A DNA stretch of 63,889 bases, the filler included, from Platydemus manokwari (taxonomy: Eukaryota): assembly GCA_037951405.1 (NCBI GenBank). It is 6 parts of 6 records of this genome, joined end to end, with 100 filler letters (N's around TTAATTAATTAA, not from the genome) between each part and the next. Parts side by side here need not be neighbours in the genome. Positions count along the whole stretch, not along the records: positions 10,665 to 19,610 come from JBBMOY011324428.1; positions 19,711 to 30,820 come from JBBMOY010903310.1; 4 more parts are not named here. One strand, 5' to 3'. This document shows, piece by piece, positions 13,687 to 26,400 of the stretch. A program made the position numbers and the translations under genes. The first letter of the stretch is position 1; each line of letters opens with the position of its first letter. The notes below the pieces were generated by a model. The model ran no database searches and was not told where the DNA came from. It saw nothing but the letters and a program-made list of their open reading frames with translations.

Positions 13687-15477
13687 TCATTCTACAGATT
13701 TTCCGCCTTGATTCAAGGACTTAACAGGTGAAGCCGGTTGTTTGACTTTGTCCGAATGGATCGAATCTGGTGTTCGGACAATACCGCTATTCCAATTATT
13801 ATTTATTGGTAAAGGATTGCTTTTCAATGATGGAGAAGTGAATGATGTTGATGGAAATCGATAAATCGGCAACCGCTGGGAATTTGTATTGGTCAGAGTG
13901 ATTGTATTTGTTGTTGATGGTGCACTGCTAAGATTTGGCATTGATTTTGGAGTGTTTCCGTTAGCGACAGTATGAGTAGAATAAAGATTGTTGTTTGTTG
14001 TTGGCATAATGTGGGTATAATTGTTGATGTAATAAAAACCTGGATCAGTTATCGGATTATACATCTGGCGTAACTGATATTGAGTCGACACGGATGTTGG
14101 TGTAGGAAATGTTTGATTAAATCCCGATGAGGAAGGCTTTTTCACGGAATTCGTCACAATCAAACCCGGTGGAAATGAGAATTGATTGAAACAAATCGAT
14201 TTAGTTGTCAAACAATCAGATGAGTTGGTTGAAGCAGGAACTTGTTTTACAGGCAACAGAGGCATTTGAGAATTGGTAGTCTGTTTGGGTATTTGCCAAC
14301 CATATTCTATTGAGCAGAATTGATCCGCATTTGTTGATGACTTAATTGATTCCTCGGTTTTTTGACTGTTTCGACAAGATCGACGCAAGTTTTCCCGACT
14401 GCATGCGTGAGTGTTGCGCAAATGGCGTTTTAGTTGATTGATTAGGTCGAATCCAAGTCCACACACGTTGCAGAGATAGGATTTGTAGTTTTGATGAACT
14501 CTTTTGTGACGAGTTAAACAGAATTTCCTTTTGAATTGACGGTCACAAATTGTACATTTATATGTTTGGTTGGTTTTCGATGTTGATGTTCGAACGTTGT
14601 CGAGATTGCAAGGTGTTTCATCAACATTGATGACAGAGCTTGTTGGGGAAATTTTCACAATCGATTCCACCGATTCGTTACATAATTTCTCGTCGCTTTC
14701 ATCGGTTTCGATGGATTTATTCATAAATTCGATTTTCGGGACTTTACTGTTGTGAGGTGTGAACTCGAATTGAGTATCAATTTTCAATTCACTATCAGAC
14801 GTTGGAGTCAATGGTTTCATTTTATCCGACTCATTTTTACCATTTGTTGTTTCATCGACAATTATATGCCGAAATGTTTGCTGAGGTTTACGCGGCCTTC
14901 GTTTTTGAATTGATGATTTTTCTGTTTCATCAATCAAAATAGGATAATCATTTTCTTTATTGTCAACTTCCATTTCCAATGAATTCCGTACCGTTTCCAT
15001 ACCTCCAGTGACTTCTTCAAGTGCCTTCGAGATGTCATTTTTTTGAATGATGTCCATCAACTTGGAATAATCGGTATTGGTATTCGTTGAAACGATTTCT
15101 TTTTTGATAAATTTTTCATTTAATTTAATACTTATATCAACATCATCGTCAATATTGATACAAAGTAACCCGAATATATCAATTGATCGTTCATATTGAA
15201 CAACTTGTTGACACAAAGATGAAATGACATTGGAAATTAGATTAGCAATCGTTTTTTGCAGTTTCACATTTACTCGATCTTTTTCGGATTTATTTGATCT
15301 AAATAATAAATTAAATCTGTAATTGATCGAAAACCATAAAGCAACCAATAATTAAAAACGAAATCGAAACACAGGCATTTAAGTTTATTCCATTTAAACA
15401 CTAGTCATTGTATAATAACATTCATTATTTAAAAACAATGTCAATTATATAAAAATAATCACAACTTACTTATTCAT
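13687..15477 (-). CDS. C2H2 zinc-finger protein (two fingers), predicted 539 aa, 2 coding exons
   Basis: Fingers YKCTICDRQFKRKFCLTRHKRVH and YLCNVCGLGFDLINQLKRHLRNTH. The ORF-track TTG start lies in an intron: acceptor TTATTTTAG precedes 15298, and a micro-exon ATG AAT AA|GTAAGT at 15477-15470 is phase-compatible (8+1612 nt = 540 codons including stop). Ser/Thr/Pro/Asn-rich C-terminus. Confidence 0.9.
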
Positions 15478-16957
15478 GCGTATTGAAATATTAATTTGAA
15501 ATATTTTTGAATTTTGAAATTCCTTGCACAGATACAATTAATCTAATGGTTTTATTGATGAAATCGATTAAATTCATTTTAGGGCATAACAGTTTCAGTT
15601 GACTAAGCCTATCGATTGAAATTGAAATTGTAAACCATATTTTATTCTGACCTGTCAAAATTACTTGGTAATGACAAAATAAAATGATTACAATTTGTAA
15701 CAAAAAACTATAACCATTAATACCTTCCCGTTCAATTGCTATGATTTATTAAACATCAAATTAAAACGATAATTAAGATTAGAGTGGGAGCTACTTGTAA
15801 TATATAAGATAAAGTAAATCAGTAAATTATTTCAGAAATCGGTTTCAATCATTCATGTTTTACTATGATTAAGCATTTATTTTTAAAGGTAATTTTGAAA
15901 ACTTGAAAGCATGAGATGAACATTGATACAACTATCGTTAATGACATGACGTAATTGTCTATCGAATTACTATTCAAAAATACAATTTAAAAAATAATTA
16001 TTTTAATCATTACTTATATTTTAATTTGATACTCGACTTACAAAGGGATGGGAATTATGCCTATTTTCATTTATTTCTGAATAATTAAAAGGATCGATTT
16101 AAATAAATATATGTTTGAAGATGTTGTGACTTAAATGTAAAATATTTCATAATTATAATTGTGAGCATTTTAATAAAATTAAAATTTTTATGGATTAAAT
16201 TTTATACAAAATTTAGCTTTATAATTGGATATCGTGAGTTTTCAATGAGTGATTTTTAAAAATTGTGAGGCTCACAATAATCCTGAATTGTCGTTATGCT
16301 CATTAAACTATTAAAAATAAATAAAGTATTAAGTGTTCAAAAAATCCGTTTGCATATCATTTCATATTATTTTTTCCGATTATGATCTGTATTTTTGACT
16401 AAATTTATTTACCAGGTTCGTTCTTTATGTTTACAAATTTATCATAATTTAAAAAATCAGTATTAAAATGAACATTGAATTAAACCACGATATCAATCAA
16501 TAATAACTAGAAAATGTACATGGCAAAATTGACGATATAGGAATGATTATTTCCTGAAGTAATATATTTTTTCTAAAATGATTGTTAACATATGAATACC
16601 ACATAACGATTCACCTCTTTCATACGTAATACGACGTGAGGTAAAAGTTAACTATTTTCATTTAAATTTCTTCTAGTTACGTCTTCAAGATTCTAAATTT
16701 AGATTTAGAAAAACATAATTAAAATCTAATGATATTTCAAAAGAAAAATTTGCTTTCGTATTCTTTGAATCCACAAATTTTAAAACAACTAATAAGTAGA
16801 GATAAATGATGATCATTAAAATGGATTTTCAAATTGTAACTTTATCAACAAATTTATTCAATGCCTGCTGAAAGATTTCCCCATCGAACACTGTAAAAAT
16901 TCTCGATTTAAACAAAATATTACATATTTTTATTATTCATAAACATTAAACATAATT

Positions 16958-17034
16958 TCCAGGATTGGAACCCACTACCTTGCTGAAAATTCGATAAAAT
17001 TAATCGAAAGCACTTATATTATCAAGCTGAGCAG
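16958..17034 (-). repeat. Possible tRNA-derived SINE head or decayed tRNA pseudogene
   Basis: Minus strand has A-box-like GCTCAGCTTGAT and B-box-like GGTTCCAATCC about 50 nt apart; no full cloverleaf could be folded. Confidence 0.3.
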
Positions 17035-18209
17035 TTTTTTAATACTAGTACTTTCAATATGAGCCCATCCACCTGGGGTTGAAATTGTGTTTGAAATGTA
17101 TATCAAAATTTGATTTGTAAATATAAACTCGAATAGCTTTTATTTAAAAATGTAAAGTCACATTTTAATATCTTTTCCAGAAAACTGATAAACAGACACT
17201 GACTTGTCCATATCTCAACATATATAATCACAAAAAACCATCAACTTAAGGAACCAAAGAACTTCAAAATAAACTAAAGATTTTACATTGTTTATATGAA
17301 TAGTTTCACACATATTCTATAGATGTAAGCACAATTAAATTAAATTTATAAAAGTAATTTTCACCGAAACTCCGCTCTCATTAATCTATAGAAAAGTCAG
17401 CTGTTATTAACTGGTTTACTCCAATTCCAGGATCATTGGATAACGACGATAGAACTCATTGTTATCATTATTTTGAAAATAAACATTTTCATTGTTTGAT
17501 CTTAAGTGTGAGCCACGCGTTGTTCAGTGGTTGTTTGTTCAAGAATTACTATAAATAATGAAAAGTTGAATCTAATATTTAAATAATTCTTTTAATAATT
17601 TAATGGTGCCAGTATTTTTCTAACTTCTATTCATATTTGATTGTAAATCCATGTATAAGAGCTTTGATACTTAAAAAAACCTTTTGTCTCGAAATGACAA
17701 TAGTCGTGATTAAGCTTTAAAATGATCGATAATTCAAACTTAAAATTTTGGAGAAAACAAAGTCATCCAAATATTGAACAATTTTATTGTGGGAATGAAT
17801 TATTAAAATTGCGTGTGAACATTTTTCGATACCGTAATAAGTTTTACAAATTAATTTTTAGCATAAAATTTCTTTAATGCATGCCGACCAAAAATAAAAA
17901 ATTCTTTTTCTAACCAAATGAGAAAGATATTGATCCGACATAGATATATGCTCCCATTGATTGTTTAACGAATTATTTTTAAGGAAACGAATTTTTTATT
18001 CTCAAAAATTGTTAAATTCAAATACTAATACCGAACACACCGACAAGAATCAAGAAAATTATATTGAAATATTACTTAACGAATTTAGCAGTTTTAGGAA
18101 AGCTATCATAATATGGTAGTCTTTTCTCTGTGATTTTTCATTTAGTTTCCAATTGGTGTTTTATTAGATAGCATAGACTCATAGTAATTATTTAAGAGAA
18201 AATCATATG

Positions 18210-18420
18210 ATTTGAAATTACAGATAAAAGAGTAGGCACATTTGTTGAAAAAAAATCTTTAGGTTTTGGAATCCTTAAGAAAATATAAACCGATCGTGGT
18301 ACAAATTGGCTGAATGAATTATTTAATGTCATAACAGATTTATGCAGAATCATGAAATTAAATGTATCATTTTATTGACATACTATCATTGAAAATTCAG
18401 CAAAATGTGAAAGAGTAAAT
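18210..18420 (+). mobile_element. Degenerate Ty3/Gypsy-type integrase core fragment
   Basis: FGILKKI*TDRGTNWLNELFNVITDLCRIMKLNVSFY* followed by AKCERVN, matching the rve pattern FG.P..I.TDRG.NF....F..LC...G..ERVN. Confidence 0.7.
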
Positions 18421-19610
18421 ATATTCTTAGATTCCCCGTACAAATAAAAATTGTTATTCCTGAAACCATCCTGAACTCGAGTCGATATGTTCCACAATGA
18501 GCGAAAAATAATAAATATCCAATAAGCTAATGTCTATTGATATCTTCACTTGGTTGATTGACGAAATTCACTTAATGTGGTTTTCGTGTATGGTTTTGTG
18601 GCTTGTTTTTTGGTGATTTGTTGTGGTAGTCGGTTGATTCATCTCGCCGCTATTAATATCAGTTTCTCTCGGAGGCACCGTGGTGGGCTGTTTTTCTTGG
18701 TTTCTCATTTTATGATAATTTGCTGTATTAGTAATTTTTGTTTATGACATATATAATTACTATTATCGATAATTAATTAATTTTCCTATATTATTGTATC
18801 GGTTATTTTTACTTATTATTATTTTAATAATTATATTTCATCCGAGCTCCTTTCTTCTCTTAAAATAACCGAATTAAATAAAAAATAACATTTAATTTTT
18901 AAAAATCACATAAAATCAAATAACGAATACTCAAATAGTCAAGCCAGCTAATTTGATTTGAAAAATAATGCACCAATACAATGGTAATCAAAATTGAAGG
19001 TATTCAAAGTAAACATAATCGAATTTGATTGAAGTCATTTAGATTGGAACTGATTTTAATTGGTTTGAATTAATAAATTATTGAACATTATTGATCATCA
19101 ATTGGGTTATTATTTTTATTTGTGCTTGACCAGCAGTAAGAGATGTATTTGAGTTGTGCCTGAACTGGGTCTGGCTCCAACTTATATAAGAATTGATGGA
19201 AAGTAGGCGAACCATAATGTATGAAAAGAATTGGAAAAAACTAATTGGCTTTGTAAGACTATTATCAAAGAAAGAAAATGAATGTGAATGAGAAAATATC
19301 AGGATTCAACAAGGCAATAAAATCGAGCTCGACATTGAAATCCATATGAAAAAAAGTAATAGTCATTCGTTTACTTAAAAGTTGAAGGTTGCAAGAGATA
19401 AAAATTGCTAGTATATTGATAAGCGACACAAACGACAGAGTAGATGCGCTAATACACATGAGGCCTGGGGAAAAGCAGAAAAAACCTAACATATCTCAAA
19501 TGGAATTTTAAATAATTATAATAAAAAATAAGGTACTGTACGGTTATCGCTGTACATATTTTTAATCTTTTTAAATTCATTATTGATTTCTTTATCTTTA
19601 TTGATTTCTG

Positions 19611-19710
19611 NNNNNNNNNNNNNNNNNNNNNNNNNNNNNNNNNNNNNNNNNNNNTTAATTAATTAANNNNNNNNNNNNNNNNNNNNNNNNNNNNNNNNNN
19701 NNNNNNNNNN
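19611..19710. other. Artificial contig spacer
   Basis: 44 N + TTAATTAATTAA + 44 N. Confidence 0.97.
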
Positions 19711-20470
19711 TTCAGCGTTATAACAATTTGTGTTAATAAAATACCTGCATAAAAACATGAATAACTTTTGACTCAACCTGGTATATTATCAACACTATCA
19801 GTCACTAATATTAGTCTCGTCGCTTCATATAGATTTAAGAAGCAATTATTTTCATAGTTCATATTAGGAACAATGTCTTTTTCAACATTATTTACATTTT
19901 CTTTTGTCGGTATTTTCATTAATAAACAATATCGTAAATCACCATTATAATTATAAAGATTTTCGGTCTGGATAATTTTCAAAGATTATTTCACTGATAG
20001 CAGTATTTAAAAATAGCTAATTTAATGGGACAGAAACAGTTGGTATGTTTAAATTTATTATTTATATCTAATTTATTCTGTAAATATTTAACATCACAGA
20101 ACTAATCTCAGCAGTTTACCAATTTGACACTTGGTTAACTCATTGATTAAAAAATACAGGAATCGTTCAATTATTTAATGTAAACACTCTTGTCATTGAT
20201 TTGTTGGTTTAAAATGATATATTGATTTAAAATAATTATGATTTAGCATAAAATAGCATCATAAAAAATAGAAATATTAATAATCTTTTGTTAATGGCTT
20301 ATTTTTAATTTTAACTATCGATTCTTTAGTTATAAAATTTTCCATTGACATTGACAATCATCAATTATTTGTTTATTTACCAATATATAATGATTGTTTT
20401 GTATTTGATTGGTGTAATGTGATTGCGCGTGTTAAATAGTTAATCAAATGTCACTACTATTCGTGAGCAG

Positions 20471-23400
20471 ACGGAGATTACAGAGGATAATCAAGCGACT
20501 AATGACAGAATGCTACCACATATATCAGATGATGTACACACATCCACAGATAATTCATTACCAAATACGTCACCAAATTTTAATCGACATGAATCAATAA
20601 AGTCAGCCGGTGTATTAATGACAAAAGAGTCTGATCAACATGATGTCAATAGTGAATTATCTGCTTCATTCAAAGCTAAAGAAATTTTCAACACTGCTCA
20701 ATCTGTACTTGAACCGGAAATATGTATCTCAATTTCTCCAGTATTACCCACTGTTCCTGTTGAGAAAACAGCTGAAAATGAAATCAGTAATATCGTAGCC
20801 AATAAAGTTGAAATTCTTTCATCATGTTCGATGTGATAAATTGAATTTTATTTAGAATGAATCCTATGATTTTAAGACATTTTATGATAATGATGCAACG
20901 AATGAAAATAATGAATTATTATCTCAAATGGATTTAGTTCCTAAAATTGAAGAGAATATCGAATCGTCTGACAATTTAAATGAAATGATTCTTGATAATA
21001 CGTTTGCATTGACTCCAATGGAAACTGAAGACAATCCTGCTGATTTGGATAATCTAACCGATTCAATGGCAATGCAGGTTTGGCAGGACTTATTTCAATT
21101 TCCACAAATGACCAACGCATTTAGGTTGATAGTTTCTATGAAAATATGTGTGAAAAAATGGATATCATTGATGATATGGATAATAACTGTAATATAGACA
21201 AGAGAAGTTTGTGTTATTATTATTATTATTTCAATAGTGATTTATGATATCTATCAATATGTCTTATTGTGTCAATCAAATTTTCATTTAAATTAATCCA
21301 CAATAACGAATTTTAGATCAAATTTAACAAATATCAACCATATCATTAAATATTAATCGAATTCTTGTTGTTCGAGTGAATATTATTCTTATTGAACCCC
21401 CGCCTTCCACATACACTGCTATATTTTAACCAGATTGTAATATTTTATTATAAAAAACAGTGATTTAAATATGAAAGTGACCTTATGGGAATAATATTAA
21501 CTATTGTTGATTATTTAATTAATAACCAACAATGGAATTATTATTGTATGGACGTTTTATTTAAAAAAAAATAATTAAGGAGCCTTATATGTCCTTATCA
21601 ATGAGTTTTTGAGAAGGTTATTATTTTCATTTCCTGGGTGTTAAGCGTGATTGATCAGTGTCACTTAATTAATTTGATTAATTAATTCAAATAATCTCAT
21701 TTCATTATCACCTTTATTATTACAATTTTATAACTATAAATTCATATTAACAATAAATTATTTACAAATATAATTTTTCGATGTAATAATTTTGTGTCAG
21801 ATAATTATATAAAAATTTTCGTTCTACTCATACTATTAGGGAGAATTGTTTTGGTTCATCGTAATTATGATTTCCACAGAGATTTTGTCTTCGGTATCAT
21901 GAAGTAATTTTGTAGTACAATATTCTAGAATTATTAATCATTCTTTCCCAAATATTGATTTTTTTATAACTTGAGAAATTTGTATTGAGATTTTTGATTA
22001 ATAAATAACAGTATAATAGCTGTCTGTAATTATCAGCTATCTGTCATTATGGTTGGACTTTTAATTTGGTTTAATCAAAAATTATTTTTACAGAAATATT
22101 TGTTAAGATTATACAAGAAATATTCACTCTTATCACTACAATTTGACTCGAGAAAAACAGAAATTATTATTCAAATTACAATGGTTGTAGATATTATCCA
22201 TTTTATTATCTCTTAAGTTCGCCATATCAGTTCAAAATAAGACATTCATTTTTCAATAATATTTAATAATAACATAATATTTTATATTGCTTAAATATTA
22301 TTATAATCGAGCAATGTATTATAACTATGAAGATTTTTCTAGAGGAAAGTAAAGATGTTGCTTCAATAAAAGACACAAAATCCGAAATGGAGTGTGCACT
22401 TTCAAATAAGTCATCAGAGCATTCCGAGAATATTTCTTGCCAAGAAGCATCGAAATTGACAGTGTCAGATTTGCATTTGCTTGTTAATATGTTCTTTTTA
22501 CCTTACGAACATGGGCCATGGGCTATAAAGATGCTCAAATTGATCAGATGGCTTCGGTCCCATGCTTTTGTCATCAATCGAAAAAATAAACATTACAGTG
22601 GTAAAGGTTCTGATTGTTCGGAGGATCAATTAAAGGATAATAACGATAATAAAGATGTGTCACTAGAAAATAAGTTAAAAATATTTGAAGTAATTTTAAT
22701 CTTGAGTTCTTAATATAAATGAATGACTATATATATGATTAAACTATATATGATTTAATAGTGGCAGAAAAAGGCTAAGGAATTTATTACTGAAATCGAA
22801 AGGGCTCGCAGTATGATCGATCGGTTCACCACAATTCCAAATAGGTCTATTTTATATGATCTATATCCATATATTCAAGACATGCGCCATGTTTTATCTA
22901 CTTTGCTATCTTATGTTAAATGGATGGGTAAGATTATTGATTTTAATTTGGATTTTTTTATATTTGTGACTCGATATAAGTCAAAATAATTTAATATATT
23001 GTAAATTAAGGTTGTACTCCTGGATACAACGAATCCTTAATGAATGATGATCACGAACCTTGGGTTTTTAGAGGAGGATTAATATCTGAATTTCAGGTCA
23101 GTAATGCATTAAAATTAAAGTTTGATAATTTACATTTCTCACAAATGATCATAATAAATATTTCATAAAAAATAATAATATGCAAATTAATAAGCTAAAA
23201 AATCATATTTATCATAAAAATTAATAATATCAAATTAATACTAGATCTAGACAGCTATGTGGATTTGTATGGATTTATTTCTTATATTTATTTTATACAG
23301 TTTGATTAATTATAAAAATATTTTATTTATAATTAAAGTTCATTGTCATTATTTGAGTGATTAAATCAATCAAAAATATTAAACATTTATAAGTTGCCCC

Positions 23401-26400
23401 TATGAATATTTAAAATTACTCGAATCTTCATTTTATGTTAAATATTTTATCGAAAAATTATATTTTATTGATGGATATTGGTTTGTGCTATCCATTCAGA
23501 TAGAATTATTTCAAATCATTGGATATTATATTATTTATTTTTATCAATTCTTAAGCAATCTTTTTTTTAAAGATATTACATTTTTATTCAAATAAACAAT
23601 CAAATCGATAATTTCAAGGAAATTTTTTAACAAAATACAATTCTACTTGATTTTTTTTTAATTTTTATCGTTTAGTTTAAAGCCTATATTTGATACATCA
23701 AAAAATGTTATTATTTTTCTTAATTGTTTTATGTATAATTCTTGTGGAGCATTGAAAATTATTTCGTAATATATTATTTACAACTCCAATCAATTAAAAC
23801 AATATTTACAGAGAATGTTCCCGTTAGAAGGTTCAAATGATGTATTTCCCAACAAAATTTCCTTCATTGAAAATTCTTCTGAATGTTTCTATTCCAGTTC
23901 TGATAACGAATCTGAAAACCGAACAAAAAATGATAAAGATGAAATTTCAAGTTATTTAAATGATATCCAAACTACACAGCTCACTCCCACTTTATTCATA
24001 ATACAGCCATATCGGTTACCAAATCGAACCCAATTATACAGTTTATGTTTCGAAATTTTATATGATCAACTCTGTAGAGATGATACCATAGATAAAAATG
24101 AATTAATTATTTTAAAATCAGAAAAATTCAGAAATCTTCCTGGAGATAGGTATTTAATTTTATTATATTGATTAATTATGTTTTCATTAATCATTGTTAT
24201 CTTTAAATGGATTATTTTATTAAAGATTTCCTCAAATCAAGGAAAGATATTAATTTTATTCATATGAAAAATAATCAAATCAATTTCATTAAATTTTATT
24301 TTATTATTTATATTAAATAAGTATTTAAATATACGTTCAGTGATATGACCAGTGAATAGTATTTGTTAAAGTTACCAAACATTTAATATTAAGTTCAAAC
24401 TCTATATTAAATTTCTATTCGATTGTATTAAACTACAATTGTTCTCAAATAATCGTTGCTTGCTATTATAAGTAGTTAGAACTCAAGTTCTTCAATGGAA
24501 GATTACTTGAATCAACGTTTGTGATTGCTAATAATATTTACAAATCATTGTTTTACAATAAATCTATTTGATTGAAATTGTCTATCTGTATTGAATTCAT
24601 GATTTACTCTGATTTCTTCGTATCTAATCACTTATTTTTTCTATAAATTGTTTTATTTATTTATTTATTTCAGTATATTTATGTAACGGTACACAAAAAA
24701 TAATTATATTAATGTTCATCATTTTATCTTTAATCTTCACTTTATATGAGAATGGTGTGAAGAACTAACCTTCCTTAGTGTTGTATATCATTTGAATTGC
24801 TATGATTGAATTAATAACAGAGAATGATATCGTTTAATAATATTATTTATTTACGATATTGTTTGGGAATCTATTATGTCTCAAATATCATGATTGACAT
24901 GATTGAAATGTATGTAGATATGATTTTATTTTTATTAGGAGAAATTTATTTTATTGATATATTCGTGTTTAATTTTCATAATATCAAGATTTTCTTAATA
25001 TAGAAGTTATAAATAAATAAAATAAATTATCAACATTCTTCGATAATGAAATTTTTCTTCCTTAATAATTTTTTCCATAATTTTTGAATTAAAAATTTTT
25101 ATTAAATAAAATAAAAATATTATTTTATCTATTAAATTATTTTTAAAAAATATTTATTGATTTTATTATCATGAAATCTATTAGTGATTTGGTATCCTTT
25201 AGGTTCGAGTTGTATAATTTAATTTTTATTTGAGCTTGATAAACCTTTCGTTGAATATTTTTTCATTTTAATTTTAGTTTTGCCTTTATTTTTTTGATTC
25301 CTCAAGCGTCATTGATTATATATTCAGACATTTAGTGACTTGATTAATTATAATGATCACATTTTCTAAACATTACTTTTGATTTTATAATTCTGGAATA
25401 GAACCACTCAAATCGGTATGAAGTATTAAATATGTTGATATTTAATTGAGATCTTGATTTCAATGAAAATCATCTAATTTGAAATAAGAAATTCTACTAG
25501 AAATTATTTAGCTGTTTTATTTAGATATTTAGGAATTTATCTCGAATTTTGTTCCGATACTTGTATGGTGCTTGAAGATATTAATGAACGTATTTGTGGT
25601 TATGCAGTTGGGACTAACAGGGTCAAAGAATTTCTTAAATTTCGTCAAGAATCATATAATGCAAAAATGAGGAAAAAATATGGCTCATATATAGTAAATA
25701 AAGAATCTGAGTCTGAAATATCAACTGATAATAGCAATTTATGTGTAAAAGTGTCTACAACATCTAAGAAATCAATAATTGAGGTATATTTTTGATAATT
25801 TTGTCTAAATATGTTCAGCAATTTATTTAAAATTTATAAGATAATATTAACAGATTTTATAATTTACCAACATTATATTATCAATATGGAATGTTTACAA
25901 TAAAGTTTATTATCTAAATCAATATATAGTACTCGCTTTGGTCACGTTCATACTCATACACATCAAGTATAATTCAAAATAACTATATATTATGTTAATA
26001 CTAATAATATTCATAGCAATGACTAATCAATCTTGAATAAATTTTTAATTTGAATTAACATTGGCTTTTCGATGTAATCGAATATGTATCGTGTTAAAAT
26101 CGAATGAATGTTTACAATGTTACTTTTCTAATCCTAACAATGCTTTTATAGAAAATATGTCGCTTTGGAATAATGCCTGTATCACGATACCACTGTATAT
26201 TCAATGATAAATAAATTATGTTGATATTATTAGTAGGAATTTGAAATCAATTATTATTTGATATCAACGAATTATCAAGACTAGTTGTTGAGTTGTCTAA
26301 ATTATTATAAATATGATTGAAATTATAGATATAATTAATTAAATTTTTTGTAAACAAACATTAACATTAACCACGCTTGCAAATTCAATCGATGTCGGTC

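Noticed and set aside
15299-15348. N-terminus MVALWFSINYRFNLLF of the 553-aa ORF
   Set aside because: TTG start within an intron; a splice acceptor and an upstream ATG micro-exon explain the frame better.
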